64,000 bases of DNA. Source: Limnothrix sp. BL-A-16. Lineage in GTDB: Bacteria > Cyanobacteriota > Cyanobacteriia > CACIAM-69d. The position numbers were made by a program, and so were the translations under genes. Positions within the stretch are counted from its first letter, which is position 1. Every line of letters begins with the position of its first letter. The stretch is from NCBI GenBank assembly GCA_041937175.2, contig CP166615.1, positions 3,488,001 through 3,552,000 on the forward strand. Reading direction: 5' to 3'. The notes below the pieces were generated by a model. It did no database searches and was not told where the DNA came from. It was given only the letters and a program-made list of their open reading frames with translations. Below, one piece after another: positions 31,813 to 42,537 of this stretch.

Positions 31813-32154
31813 TTGGGTTAAGGATGGGTTGGTTGGCGGGTCGGCTGGCCCGACCGTTGCCCGGCGGTTTAGAATGGATTGCGCATCAGTTTGAAGATTT
31901 GTTGAGTCATGGCGAGATGGTGCGATCGCCTGGGTGGGGAGGATCTAGCCCCTTTCGGTGATCTAAGGCATTTCTTGGGCGTTTCTTGAGAAGTCTTCTT
32001 TGAGAACTGCTCCTGAAAAATCCCGCTTGTCTTGCCTTGCTCCGGTTTTCGGCTGCTGTTTTAGCTACCTGCCAGCCCCGGTCTCTGTTCTGGTTGCTAT
32101 CCAACGGTGTCAGACCCTGGGGCCGGGCGATCGCCCCTGACTCTCGCGCGGCCT

Positions 32155-33171
32155 ATGACCCCTGCAATTGCGATTCGGAACCTACAAAAACGCTATGGCG
32201 ATGTTACCGCCGTTGATAACGTATCGCTGGAGGTGAAACCCGGCGAGATTTTTGGGCTGTTGGGCCCCAACGGCGCGGGCAAAACCACCACGATTCGCTG
32301 TCTTTGTACCTTGGCCCAGCCGGACGGGGGAGAAATTTTTGTGTCGGGGGTGTCGGTGTTGCGCGAACCCCGATCGGCCCGCAAACGGTTGGGCTATGTG
32401 GCGCAGGATGCTGCGCTGGACAAGGTGTTAACCGGGCGGGAAATGCTGGAGTTGCATGGCGCGCTCTATCACTTGCGACGCGAGGCGATCGGGCAGCGAA
32501 TTGCGGCCATGGCAGATCTGCTGGGGCTGGGTGACTGGCTCGATCGCAAAACGGGAACCTATTCCGGCGGCATTCGCAAGCGCTTGGACTTGGCCACGGG
32601 GCTGCTCCACGAGCCAGATGTGCTGGTGTTGGATGAACCCACGGCGGGGCTGGATATTGAAAGCCGGATGGCCGTGTGGGAGTTTTTGCGGAAGTTGCCC
32701 CAGTGGGGGACAACGGTTTTGATCACCAGCCATTACCTGGAAGAGATTGATGCGCTGGCCGATCGCGTGGCCATTCTGGATCAAGGCCAGGTGATTGCCT
32801 TGGGCACACCGTCGGAGTTGAAGGCTCGGTTGGGGGGCGATCGAATTTCCCTGCGCATTCGGGAGTTTACCCCCGCTGCCGAGGCGGAGACGGCCCAAAC
32901 CCTGCTAACGGCGCTGCCCTGTGTCAAGGATGCGATGATCAACCGGAGCCAGGGAAATACGCTGAATTTGGTGGTGGATGATCTCGATCGGGGGTTGCCC
33001 CTGGTGCAGCAGGCCTTGGAGCAGGCGGGGTTGCCGGTGTTTGGCATTGCCCAATCGCGCCCGAGTTTGGATGATGTTTATCTGGCTGCGACGGGCCGGA
33101 CATTGCTCGATGCAGATTTGGCAGCGGGCGATCGGGATCCCAAGCTGGCCCGCAAACAGAATATGCGCTAG
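32155..33171 (+). CDS. ABC-2 (DrrA-like) exporter ATP-binding protein
   Basis: GPNGAGKTT, YSGGIRKR, VLDEPT. Confidence 0.93.
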   Translation: MTPAIAIRNLQKRYGDVTAVDNVSLEVKPGEIFGLLGPNGAGKTTTIRCLCTLAQPDGGEIFVSGVSVLREPRSARKRLGYVAQDAALDKVLTGREMLELHGALYHLRREAIGQRIAAMADLLGLGDWLDRKTGTYSGGIRKRLDLATGLLHEPDVLVLDEPTAGLDIESRMAVWEFLRKLPQWGTTVLITSHYLEEIDALADRVAILDQGQVIALGTPSELKARLGGDRISLRIREFTPAAEAETAQTLLTALPCVKDAMINRSQGNTLNLVVDDLDRGLPLVQQALEQAGLPVFGIAQSRPSLDDVYLAATGRTLLDADLAAGDRDPKLARKQNMR

Positions 33172-33235
33172 ACCCTAGACCATACTTCCCCAAGTTTCCA
33201 GTTCCCTACATTCACCCCCATCCCCCTCAACCGTC

Positions 33236-34102
33236 ATGAGCACGACTTTGCCCACGGACAGTCCCACCCGATCGCCCGCCTTGGAACCCTCACCCCTGGC
33301 GGAATTTTGGCAAGAAACGGCGGCCCTGCTGCGGCGATTGTTGATTCAACTGCAACGGCGGCCGGTGACCTTGGTGGCCGGCACGATTCAGCCCCTGATG
33401 TGGTTGGTGTTGTTTGGGGCCCTGTTCCAAAACGTCCCGGCCGATTTGTTTGGCGATCATGTGGGCTATGGGCAGTTTTTGGGGGCAGGGACGATCGCCT
33501 TTGCGGCCTTTAGCGGGGCGCTGAATGCGGGCTTGCCGGTGATGTTCGATCGGGAATTTGGCTTTCTGAATCGGTTGTTGGTGGCTCCCTTGGTGTCGCG
33601 CTTTTCGATCATCACCGCCTCGGCCCTGTACATCGGCTTGCTGGCCTTGATCCAAACCGTGGCGATCGTGATTGCGGCGGCTGTTTTGGGGGCTGGGCTG
33701 CCGGGGGTGGCGGGGTTGGCCGTGGTCGGGGCGATCGTGCTGCTGTTGGTGGCGGGGGTCACCTCCCTCAGCTTGGGGCTGGCCTTTGCGCTGCCGGGCC
33801 ATGTGGAATTAATTGCCGCCATTTTTATCACCAACCTGCCCCTGCTCTTTGCCAGCACGGCCTTGGCTCCCCTGTCGTTCATGCCCGGTTGGCTGCAGTG
33901 GGTGGCGGTGTTGAATCCCCTGAGCTACGCGATCGAACCCATTCGCTACCTTTACCTGCATCCGGACTGGAGTTTTAGCAGCATTGTCATGCAAGCGCCG
34001 TTTGGATCGGTTAGTTTTGGTATGGCCCTCGGGGTTCTATTCATTTTTGATTTGGTGGCGATTGGGCTTGTGCGGCCATTGCTGCAACGGCGGATGGCAT
34101 AG
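33236..34102 (+). CDS. ABC-2 exporter permease
   Basis: DREFGFLNRLLVAP, LNPLSYA, several TM segments. Confidence 0.92.
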   Translation: MSTTLPTDSPTRSPALEPSPLAEFWQETAALLRRLLIQLQRRPVTLVAGTIQPLMWLVLFGALFQNVPADLFGDHVGYGQFLGAGTIAFAAFSGALNAGLPVMFDREFGFLNRLLVAPLVSRFSIITASALYIGLLALIQTVAIVIAAAVLGAGLPGVAGLAVVGAIVLLLVAGVTSLSLGLAFALPGHVELIAAIFITNLPLLFASTALAPLSFMPGWLQWVAVLNPLSYAIEPIRYLYLHPDWSFSSIVMQAPFGSVSFGMALGVLFIFDLVAIGLVRPLLQRRMA

Positions 34103-34135
34103 GGCATTGGAGCGCAGGAGCAGGCTAGACGTGGC

Positions 34136-34858
34136 ATGGAGCAAAATTTAAAAGACAAGCTGGATTGCTTTTTAGGATCCCCCTATGGACGCACGATGCT
34201 GGGGGAATACAATTACCTCCACGCCTCGGAATGGTTGCAACAATATTGCGAAGCAGCCGGCGCAATCGCTAATCTGCCGGATTGGTTGCTCCTTCTGTTG
34301 GAATTGGGGCAAGAGTCGGCGGAAATTTTTGCAAGTTTGACCGATGCCGGAACCTTAGAGACCGATCGCAAAACCATGTCTCTGTTGCTGGAGCGGCGGG
34401 GGCCCCTCTTGGCCCAAACCAGCGGCCGGCTGCGACAGACCTTGGAACTCCATCGCCCGGGCCTTGACCTCAGCCAGGATGCGATCGAAGACGCTAGCCT
34501 ATTGGCATCAACCCATCCATCGCGATCGGGGTTGGCGGGTTCCGGCCGTCGCGACAACCGCGACAACCGCGACAACATTGTTAACCGCGACAACCGCGAC
34601 AACATTGTTAACCGCAACCACTGGGAACCGAAGGCGGACTTTTTGCCTCACAGTGAAAGACGGGTGATTGGCGATGTGGGGGGCACACCTCTGCTGTTGG
34701 TGGGCTATGAAAAAAACCAGTCCCGATCGCCCATGGTTGCTCGCGCCACTTCCGGTAACCCTCAACAGGATTCACTGTTTGCGGTTCCCCTGTCCGATCT
34801 GCTGGTGCATTCTAACGAACCCGTTAATATCCCTGAATTGGAGTTAGCCGAATCATGA
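34136..34858 (+). CDS. Hypothetical protein with internal RDN repeats
   Basis: 240-aa ORF in operon context; ATGA overlap with next gene. Confidence 0.6.
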   Translation: MEQNLKDKLDCFLGSPYGRTMLGEYNYLHASEWLQQYCEAAGAIANLPDWLLLLLELGQESAEIFASLTDAGTLETDRKTMSLLLERRGPLLAQTSGRLRQTLELHRPGLDLSQDAIEDASLLASTHPSRSGLAGSGRRDNRDNRDNIVNRDNRDNIVNRNHWEPKADFLPHSERRVIGDVGGTPLLLVGYEKNQSRSPMVARATSGNPQQDSLFAVPLSDLLVHSNEPVNIPELELAES

Positions 34859-35226
34859 GCCATCCCTTGATCGCTCCCTCGATCGCCTGGTTGTCGGGAT
34901 CCTCGATCATCACCATCTTGAGCATTCTGGCCTTGGGCAGCAACCCCGCGATCGCCCAATCCTCGGCCCTGGGTGACCCGAATGCTAATGGGTCGTCCGG
35001 TGATGTGCGCCCCAATGAAGTGTTTCAAGGCTCTGGTGTTTCTGCCCAAGACTTGATTCGCAATATCATGTTGGCCCCGGGGCAAACCCTGGATGATTTC
35101 AATCAACAACAATCGGGACGGATTGACAACGCTGCCAATGAATTTTTGCGCCAGCGCCAGCAGCGATTGGAACAAAACGGCCAAGGCGGTGCGAGCGTGA
35201 CCCCCAGCAGCCCCACTCGCAATTAA
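34855..35226 (+). CDS. Hypothetical secreted protein
   Basis: Signal-peptide-like N-terminus ending AIA|Q. Confidence 0.65.
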   Translation: MSHPLIAPSIAWLSGSSIITILSILALGSNPAIAQSSALGDPNANGSSGDVRPNEVFQGSGVSAQDLIRNIMLAPGQTLDDFNQQQSGRIDNAANEFLRQRQQRLEQNGQGGASVTPSSPTRN

Positions 35227-35241
35227 TTTGCAATATTGTTA

Positions 35242-35447
35242 GGGCCTGTCGTTATGGCTGGGGATCCAGTGGAAACGGTTAATTTTCCAAGCCCCAACCG
35301 TCGTAACAAGGGGCTTAAGCCCCTGGTCTCCCACAATCCGCTAACGAAGAAATCAGGGTTTCAGGTGATTTGGCAACAAGCCCTCAGCCTTTTCCCACGA
35401 TCCGCTAACGGAGGAATCGCAGTTGCGGACGATTTGACGACAGGCCT
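35242..35447. mobile_element. MITE of the GGGCCTGTCGT family with duplicated right arm
   Basis: TA-GGGCCTGTCGT...GACGACAGGCCT-TA; internal palindrome at 35307; two CCCAC(A/G)ATCCGCTAACG arms. Confidence 0.8.
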
Positions 35448-35451
35448 TAAC

Positions 35452-35489
35452 AAAACCCCGTCGATCGAGACTCGATCGAGCGGGGCTTT
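35452..35489. terminator. Probable bidirectional terminator
   Basis: AAAACCCCGTCGATCGAG...CTCGATCGAGCGGGGCTTT between convergent genes. Confidence 0.6.
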
Positions 35490-35567
35490 GCAGATCTGAA
35501 TAATGATCGGAAATAACTGGGTGGATTGGGTCGCGCTGAATTGCTGAATTGACCCAGCCCCCAACCC

Positions 35568-37253
35568 TTACAGCAAGTTCAAATCCGTCACGGCTCCCAA
35601 GCTGCTGGAAGAGACCAACTTGGCATATTTCGCCAACGTACCTCGCTTGTAGCGTGGTTCCGGCGGTTGCCAGTTGGCCCGGCGGGCCGCCAGTTCCTCA
35701 TCGGACAGATTCAGTTGCAACTTGCGGTTGGGCGCATCGATCGTGATGCTGTCACCCTCTTGCACCAGGGCGATCGTGCCACCCACGGCCGCCTCGGGAG
35801 CCACGTGACCCACCACCATGCCATAGGTTCCACCCGAGAAGCGCCCATCGGTGATCAGTCCCACCGAGTCGCCCAGACCCGCACCGATGATCGCCGCCGT
35901 CGGAGCCAACATCTCCCGCATTCCGGGGCCACCCTTGGGCCCTTCATAGCGAATTACCACCACATCACCGGGGTTGATTTGATTTGCCAAGATCGCCTTT
36001 AAGCAATCCTCTTCCGACTCAAACACCCGCGCCGGGCCGGTGATCACGGGATTCTTCACGCCGCTGATTTTGGCCACGGAACCTTCGCTGGCCAGGTTGC
36101 CCTTCAGGATCGCCAAGTGACCCTGTTGATAAAGGGGTTTGTCGAAGGGACGGATGACATCTTGGTCGGGGCGTGGTTCGTCGGAGATCTCTGCCAGGGT
36201 TTCCGCGATCGTCTTGCCGGTGATTGTCAAGCAATCCCCATGCAGCAGCCCCCGATTCAGCAGAACTTTCATCACTTGGGGGATGCCGCCGGCCTTGTGC
36301 AAGTCCGTGGCCACATAGCGACCGCTGGGCTTCAGGTCGCAGAAGACGGGCACGCGGGCGCGGATTTCTTCAAAGTCGTCCAGGGTGAGGGGCACGCCGA
36401 TCGTGTTGGCGATCGCCAGCAGGTGCAAGACCGAGTTGGTGGAACCACCCACGGCCATGATCACGGAAATGGCGTTTTCAAAGGCCTTGCGGGTCAAGAT
36501 TTGCTTGGGCGTGCGGCGGGCTTTGATCGCTTCGGCCAACACGCGGGCAGACTCGGCCGCGCTGGCGGTCTTCTCGTCATCCTCAGCGGCCATGGTTGAG
36601 GAGTAGGGCAGGCTCATGCCCATGGCCTCGTAGGCGCTGGACATGGTGTTGGCGGTGAACATGCCGCCGCAGGAACCCGCACCGGGACAGGCGTTGTGTT
36701 CCACGGCCATCAGCCGGGCTTCGTCAATTTTGCCAGCGCTGAATTGGCCCACGGCTTCAAAGGCGCTGACGACGGTGAGATCTTCGCCATGCAAATGGCC
36801 GGGTTTGATCGTGCCGCCATAGACGAAGATGGCGGGAATATCCAAGCGGGCCATGGCGATCATGGCTCCGGGCATGTTCTTATCGCAACCGCCGATCGCC
36901 AGGATGCCATCCAGGCTTTGGCCATTGCAGACGGTTTCGATCGAGTCGGCAATTACGTCCCGCGACACCAGGGAATATTTCATCCCTTCGGTGCCCATGG
37001 AAATTCCGTCACTGATCGTGATCGTGCCGAAAATTTGGGGCATCACGCCAGCTTCGCGGGCTGCAGCCATGGCGCTGTCGGCCAGGGTGGCAATGCCCAT
37101 GTTGCAGGGGGTGATGGTGCTGTAGGCGCTGGCGATGCCGACGATCGGTTTGCTGAAGTCATTGTCACCAAAGCCCACTGCACGGAGCATGGCGCGGTTG
37201 GGCGATCGCTGCACACCGCTGGTGACCTGTTGGCTGCGGAAATTGTCGGACAT
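35568..37253 (-). CDS. ilvD: Dihydroxy-acid dehydratase
   Basis: [35 protein letters not shown]. Confidence 0.98.
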   Translation of the reverse strand: MSDNFRSQQVTSGVQRSPNRAMLRAVGFGDNDFSKPIVGIASAYSTITPCNMGIATLADSAMAAAREAGVMPQIFGTITISDGISMGTEGMKYSLVSRDVIADSIETVCNGQSLDGILAIGGCDKNMPGAMIAMARLDIPAIFVYGGTIKPGHLHGEDLTVVSAFEAVGQFSAGKIDEARLMAVEHNACPGAGSCGGMFTANTMSSAYEAMGMSLPYSSTMAAEDDEKTASAAESARVLAEAIKARRTPKQILTRKAFENAISVIMAVGGSTNSVLHLLAIANTIGVPLTLDDFEEIRARVPVFCDLKPSGRYVATDLHKAGGIPQVMKVLLNRGLLHGDCLTITGKTIAETLAEISDEPRPDQDVIRPFDKPLYQQGHLAILKGNLASEGSVAKISGVKNPVITGPARVFESEEDCLKAILANQINPGDVVVIRYEGPKGGPGMREMLAPTAAIIGAGLGDSVGLITDGRFSGGTYGMVVGHVAPEAAVGGTIALVQEGDSITIDAPNRKLQLNLSDEELAARRANWQPPEPRYKRGTLAKYAKLVSSSSLGAVTDLNLL

Positions 37254-37350
37254 GGGGTTTTGCTCTCTCTAGCCGATCCAGAAAAGCGATCTTTTATTGT
37301 CGCACTGGGTCTGGCGAATCAAGCTGATCAAATCCCGATCGCCTGGTTTC

Positions 37351-38325
37351 TTAATGGTTTGGCTGGCTTGGAGAACTGGGATGGCTTGGTTTGGGGCTGA
37401 TGGGATCGAGGGTTGATGCCCCAGTCGGTGGATTGGCGGTTTTACGGTTGGGTTGATTACGGGTTTTACTGCTGGGTTTGCCGTTGGCCAAGACGCGATC
37501 GCCTTCGGTGATCTCGGAGCCTGGCAGGGGTGCGGTGGTGAAGCGATCGACCGCCAATTGCAGATAATCCGCTTCTTTTTCGATGCCAATAAAGGCGCGA
37601 TCAACTCGTAGGGCCGAAAGGCCCGTCGTGCCGCTGCCGCTGAAGGGATCGAGTACCAGGTCTCCCGGATTAGTGCTGGCGGAAAGGATTCGATCGAGTA
37701 AATCCAACGGCTTTTGAGTGGGGTGTTTGCCTTGCAATTTCTCCGAAGCCGGTGGGGTGGGAATTGACCAAACACTCCGCATTTGTCGGCCAGAAAGCTT
37801 GAGGGGATCGCGTGGAAAATCTCCCAGCTTCATGGCTTCGTAGTTAAAGACATGTTTTCCCTTTTTGCTTTTACGGGCCCAAATTAGGGTTTCATGGCTG
37901 GCTGTGAAAAAGCGGCAGGATAAATTAGGGCTGGCGTTGGGTTTGTACCAACAAATATCATTCAAAACATGGAAATCCAAACATTGCAGCGCAAAGCCAC
38001 AGGCGTAGATATTGTGATAGGTTCCTGAAATCCAAATTGTGCCATTGGGTTTCAAGATCCGCCGACATTCTTGAATCCAAGCGCGGTGAAATTCAAAATC
38101 CTGTTCAATGCCATTGCTGCGATCCCAATCGCCTTTATTGACACTGACAGCCCGGCCGCCATGGCAGGTAAACCCGTTATTAGACAGGTTATAGGGCGGA
38201 TCGGCAAAGATTAGATCCACACTATTGGCCGGGAACAGGGGCAAAATTTCAAGGCAATCGCCCTGGTAAAGGGTGCATCGATCGCGCTGGTAGAACGGCT
38301 GGACTGCCACAAAAGGCTCGGACAT
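37351..38325 (-). CDS. Beta-class N6-adenine DNA methyltransferase, DpnA/M2.DpnII-like (predicted GATC)
   Basis: DLIFADPPYNLSNNG...VSVNKGDWD, HPTQKP, DPFSGSGTT. Confidence 0.85.
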   Translation of the reverse strand: MSEPFVAVQPFYQRDRCTLYQGDCLEILPLFPANSVDLIFADPPYNLSNNGFTCHGGRAVSVNKGDWDRSNGIEQDFEFHRAWIQECRRILKPNGTIWISGTYHNIYACGFALQCLDFHVLNDICWYKPNASPNLSCRFFTASHETLIWARKSKKGKHVFNYEAMKLGDFPRDPLKLSGRQMRSVWSIPTPPASEKLQGKHPTQKPLDLLDRILSASTNPGDLVLDPFSGSGTTGLSALRVDRAFIGIEKEADYLQLAVDRFTTAPLPGSEITEGDRVLANGKPSSKTRNQPNRKTANPPTGASTLDPISPKPSHPSSPSQPNH

Positions 38326-38907
38326 GGTTCTAGGCCCAACGACACACCAAAAGGAAGGCTGGAACGGGACAAAACCACGCCCCGATCGATACAGAAAAAT
38401 CAGCTTATCGAGAAAACAAGATTGTGGCTAGCTAAATCCGCTGCTTAAACTTAGTCGCAAACCTAATCTAAACCGTTGGTTAACTCTACTATCAACCCTA
38501 ATCTAATGCAGGGAACCGTAGCTAGGTTAGCCAGAAAATAACAATCTGGCTAGGTAATTTGCCAATTCTGTTGACTGATCAATGGGCTAATCTTGACGCT
38601 GGGCCAGCTCTTGAGGGCTTTTGGGAAACGACAAATCGAGACCGATGCCGCTGTGAACTGCCTGAAAATTTTGAAATGGGAGCCAAGTTGTTGTCGGAGG
38701 GCATCCACTGCCACCGGCTGATGGGCGATCGCCCGCCGAGTGAGTCGCGATCGCCGGTTAACAAGCCGGTTCAGTTGATTGGGCCGGTCAAATGATTGGG
38801 CCGATTGAACCGATCGAACCGAACCAACGGATTGCGCCAAGACTTCATGGGCAAATTGGGCCGCTGGGCCCGTTATGGAAGGGGATGCTCAATGGTCTAA
38901 CGGTTGA

Positions 38908-39963
38908 TTAACCCCACCGATCGTCGCCTTTGCCCAAGGGTTCGTCCAGGGCCATTTGTTCGATCGCGCTGGCAATTTTTAGGGCCTTCAGGGCCTGTTC
39001 ACCGCCGATCGAGGGTTGCATCTCGCCCCGCACACAGTTCACAAAGTGCTCCAATTCCGCATGGAGCGGCTCCGTGTTCCCGATCGCCACTGACTCGATC
39101 GACCCATCCAATCGATAGCAAGCCTGACCGGCGCGATCGCCCGCCGGATAGCTGGAAGTTTTGCGATGAACCAAAATTTGACGCGCCAAGAAATCCGCCT
39201 CCACCAACGAATCTTGGCAATGGGCGGCAATTCGGCGAATTTTGCGGTGGGTCACCTTGCTGGCCGTCAGGGTGGCCACAATTCCATTGGCAAAACCCAG
39301 GGTTGCCGTCACATAGTCCAACTGACCGGAAGCGGCCCGGCTGCCGCTGGCCGACAGACGCACCACCGATGAGTTGGCAATTTCCAAAATCAGATCAATG
39401 TCATGGATCATCAAGTCCAACACCACCGACACATCATTGGCGCGATCGGCGTGGGGACTCATGCGATGGGCTTCGAGCGCTAACACCCGCTCCGTTTTCA
39501 GAACATTGAAGCATTCTTGAAACGTGGGGTTAAACCGTTCGATATGTCCCACCAGCAAAATGCATTGACGTTCAGCCGCCGCATTCACCAAGGCCTCCGC
39601 TTCAATGATGCTGGCGGCGATCGGTTTTTCCATGAGCACATGCACCCCGGCCCGCAGGCAGTCCATGCCCACGGTGTAGTGCAGCTTGGTGGGAACCGCG
39701 ATGCAAACCGCATCCACCAACGGCAGCATGTCTTTGTAGTCTTCAAAAAACCGGACGCGGTATTTGCTGGCCAGTTCCAGCCCCCGCTCCACATTCAGAT
39801 CTGAAATTCCCACCAATTCGGCATCCTTAAGCAAGCTCAGGATCCGGGCGTGGTGTTGTCCCATGTTGCCGACCCCGATCGCGCCAACGCGGATGGGATG
39901 GTGGCTCGGCCGGGCGAGGGCAGGCCGAATTTGAGCATCGAGCGATTCGCTACGGGATTGCAC
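38908..39963 (-). CDS. Gfo/Idh/MocA oxidoreductase
   Basis: GVGNMG, EKPI, VGHIERFNP, DLMIHDID. Confidence 0.9.
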   Translation of the reverse strand: MQSRSESLDAQIRPALARPSHHPIRVGAIGVGNMGQHHARILSLLKDAELVGISDLNVERGLELASKYRVRFFEDYKDMLPLVDAVCIAVPTKLHYTVGMDCLRAGVHVLMEKPIAASIIEAEALVNAAAERQCILLVGHIERFNPTFQECFNVLKTERVLALEAHRMSPHADRANDVSVVLDLMIHDIDLILEIANSSVVRLSASGSRAASGQLDYVTATLGFANGIVATLTASKVTHRKIRRIAAHCQDSLVEADFLARQILVHRKTSSYPAGDRAGQACYRLDGSIESVAIGNTEPLHAELEHFVNCVRGEMQPSIGGEQALKALKIASAIEQMALDEPLGKGDDRWG

Positions 39964-40071
39964 GCGCGTTTAACAGCAGCAGTGAAGGGGCAATGGGGCG
40001 AGGAGTGATGCCGCCAGCGTCGGCCGGCCACATCCTACCATAGGGTGGATTTTCGCAAGAATTCTTGACCC

Positions 40072-40827
40072 ATGACCGTCGTACCGCCTGGAACTCCGGA
40101 AGCCGCCCCAACGCCCTCTGCCCGATCGCCCCAGCGCCAACCGCCCAAAGCCGTTGTGTTGCTCTCCGGTGGTTTGGACTCATCCACGGTGCTCTATCAA
40201 GCCAAGGCCGATGGTTGCGACTGCTACGCCCTGTCTTTTGATTATCAGCAACGCCACCGTCGGGAACTGCAAGCGGCTGTGGCGATCGCCCAAGCGGCCG
40301 GCGTGGTGGCCCATCAAGTGGTGCGGTTTGACCTCACCCAATGGGGTGGCTCGGCGCTGACGGATACAGCCTTGGAGTTACCCAGCGATCGCCCCCTGGA
40401 CGGCATGGCGGCGGAAATTCCGATCACCTATGTGCCGGCCCGCAACACGATCTTTTTGAGCTTTGCCCTGGCCTATGCGGAGGCGATCGACGCGCAACGG
40501 GTTTATATCGGTGTCAATGCCCTGGACTATTCCGGCTATCCCGACTGCCGACCCGACTACTTGGCGGCCATGCAGTCGGTGTTTCAGTTGGGCACGCGCC
40601 AGGGCCGGGAAGGCCAGCCGATCGAAATCGTTGCGCCCTTGGTGGAACTGCGCAAAACGGACATCATCCAACTGGGCAATCGCTTAGGTGTGCCTTGGGC
40701 GGAAACTTGGTCTTGCTATGCGGGGGGCGATCGCTCCTGTGGCCGCTGCGATTCCTGTCGGCTGCGGCTGGCGGCCTTTGCGGAATTGGGCTTAACCGAT
40801 CCAGTGCCCTACGAGGCGCATGGTTAA
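40072..40827 (+). CDS. queC: 7-cyano-7-deazaguanine synthase
   Basis: SGGLDS, YVPARN, GYPDCRP, TWSCY...CGRCDSC. Confidence 0.97.
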   Translation: MTVVPPGTPEAAPTPSARSPQRQPPKAVVLLSGGLDSSTVLYQAKADGCDCYALSFDYQQRHRRELQAAVAIAQAAGVVAHQVVRFDLTQWGGSALTDTALELPSDRPLDGMAAEIPITYVPARNTIFLSFALAYAEAIDAQRVYIGVNALDYSGYPDCRPDYLAAMQSVFQLGTRQGREGQPIEIVAPLVELRKTDIIQLGNRLGVPWAETWSCYAGGDRSCGRCDSCRLRLAAFAELGLTDPVPYEAHG

Positions 40828-40938
40828 GCTTGCGCATGGTTAGGCGGATACATTAGGCGGGCGCATTCCAGCAGGAGCCGATCGGCTTGTTCTGTCAGGC
40901 CGCTCGCTCGGAATTCCGCTACCATATGGGTCGCTTGA

Positions 40939-42417
40939 TTGCCATTGCTGAGCGCCAGCCCCTTTGCCGTGACCGTTTCCCGCCGCCCGATCGCCGTTGA
41001 CCTGTTTGCCGGAGCCGGAGGGATGTCCTTAGGCTTTGAAATGGCGGGGTTTGATGTGGCGGTGGCGGTGGAGATTGACCCGATTCACTGTTTAACCCAT
41101 CAGTACAACTTTCCACAGGGGGCGGTGCTTTGTCGGAGCGCGGCGGAGGTGACGGGGGCAGAAATTCGGCAGCAATTGGCGGCGGTGTTGCGGGCCGATC
41201 GCCCCAGTGATTCAGCCTTGACTCACCACGCAAAGGGCCAAACATGCCAACAGTCGATCGATCTGCTGCCGATCTCGACAACGGGCCCCAGCTTGCAACC
41301 CGCCGCGATCGAACTAGGGCTAGAAGAACCAGAACTGGAAATTGATGTGCTCTTTGGGGGGCCGCCTTGCCAGGGATTTTCGATGATGGGAAAGCGGGCC
41401 TTTGATGATCCGCGTAATGCCTTGATGTTTCACTTTGCGCGGCTGGTGAATGAGCTGCGGCCCAAATATTTCGTGATTGAAAATGTGCGGGGCATGACCC
41501 TGGGCAAACATCGAGCGTTTTTAGGCGAATTAATCAACTTATTCGCTGATTTTGGCTACCAAGTGGAGGCTAATTATCAGGTTTTGAATGCGGCCCATTA
41601 CGGCGTGCCGCAGGATCGCCAACGCTTGTTTCTGCTGGGGGCCCGATCGGGCTGGCCGCTGCCCAGCTATCCAGCCCCCCAAACTCGTCGCCCGCCGGTT
41701 TGCAAAAGTGCCAAGCGCGATCGAACCCTGGCCGATTTGCCGATTTGCCCCACCGTGGCCGGGGCGATCGGGGACTTGCCCGACGTGGATCACTATCCCG
41801 AACTGCGATCGGGCGATTGGTTGGACTCGGGCCAACTGGCCGATCCCCCCGGCGACTATGCCCGCTGGTTACGGGGCGCATTGCGGGATCCCGCTGACTT
41901 TAGCTATTCCCGCCGATCGCGCCGATCGGGCCTGTCCGGTTGTTTGCGCACCGACCACAGCGCCGCCTCAGTGGCCCGGTTCCAAACCACGCTCCCCGGC
42001 GAAGTTGATCGCATCAGTCGCTTTTTAAAACTGCATCCCGAAGGCATCTGCAACACCCTACGGGCCGGAACCCCCAGCAATCGCGGTGCGTTCACCTCGC
42101 CCCGACCCATTCACCCCATCCAAGGGCGTTGCATCACCGTGCGCGAAGCGGCCCGCCTTCACTCCTACCCCGACTGGTTCTGTTTCCATGGCACGAAATG
42201 GCATGGAATGCGGCAAATTGGTAACTCGGTGCCGCCACTGTTGGCGCGGGCCGTGGCTGCCCAGGTGCGATCGTGCCTGCCCGGCGAACCCACCTTGCCC
42301 GATCTCCCCCTCATAACCGGCGATCCTCAGTGGTTGAGCTACACCATGAGCCAAGCCGCCGATTTTTACGCCGTCAGCCGCCATGCGATCGCCCCGCGTC
42401 GCCGCCAAGGATCCTAG
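40939..42417 (+). CDS. C5-cytosine DNA methyltransferase, M.XorII/M.Ssp6803I-like (predicted CGATCG)
   Basis: DLFAGAGG, GGPPCQGFS, ENV, QDRQR, TLRAGT...GAFTSPRPIHP, QIGNSVPP. Confidence 0.88.
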   Translation: MPLLSASPFAVTVSRRPIAVDLFAGAGGMSLGFEMAGFDVAVAVEIDPIHCLTHQYNFPQGAVLCRSAAEVTGAEIRQQLAAVLRADRPSDSALTHHAKGQTCQQSIDLLPISTTGPSLQPAAIELGLEEPELEIDVLFGGPPCQGFSMMGKRAFDDPRNALMFHFARLVNELRPKYFVIENVRGMTLGKHRAFLGELINLFADFGYQVEANYQVLNAAHYGVPQDRQRLFLLGARSGWPLPSYPAPQTRRPPVCKSAKRDRTLADLPICPTVAGAIGDLPDVDHYPELRSGDWLDSGQLADPPGDYARWLRGALRDPADFSYSRRSRRSGLSGCLRTDHSAASVARFQTTLPGEVDRISRFLKLHPEGICNTLRAGTPSNRGAFTSPRPIHPIQGRCITVREAARLHSYPDWFCFHGTKWHGMRQIGNSVPPLLARAVAAQVRSCLPGEPTLPDLPLITGDPQWLSYTMSQAADFYAVSRHAIAPRRRQGS

Positions 42418-42525
42418 GGGCTGTCATCATTACGCCACCCCCCCTAGACAAGGGGCTTAAGCCCCTTGCCCCCCACGATCCGCCAACGGTGGAATCAGGG
42501 TTTCAGGCGATGTGACGACAAACCC
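42417..42525. mobile_element. 109-bp monomeric MITE (GGG..TGTC family)
   Basis: TA-GGGGCTGTCATC...GACGACAAACCC-TA; central palindrome at 42448. Confidence 0.85.
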
Positions 42526-42537
42526 TAGGGACTGTGC

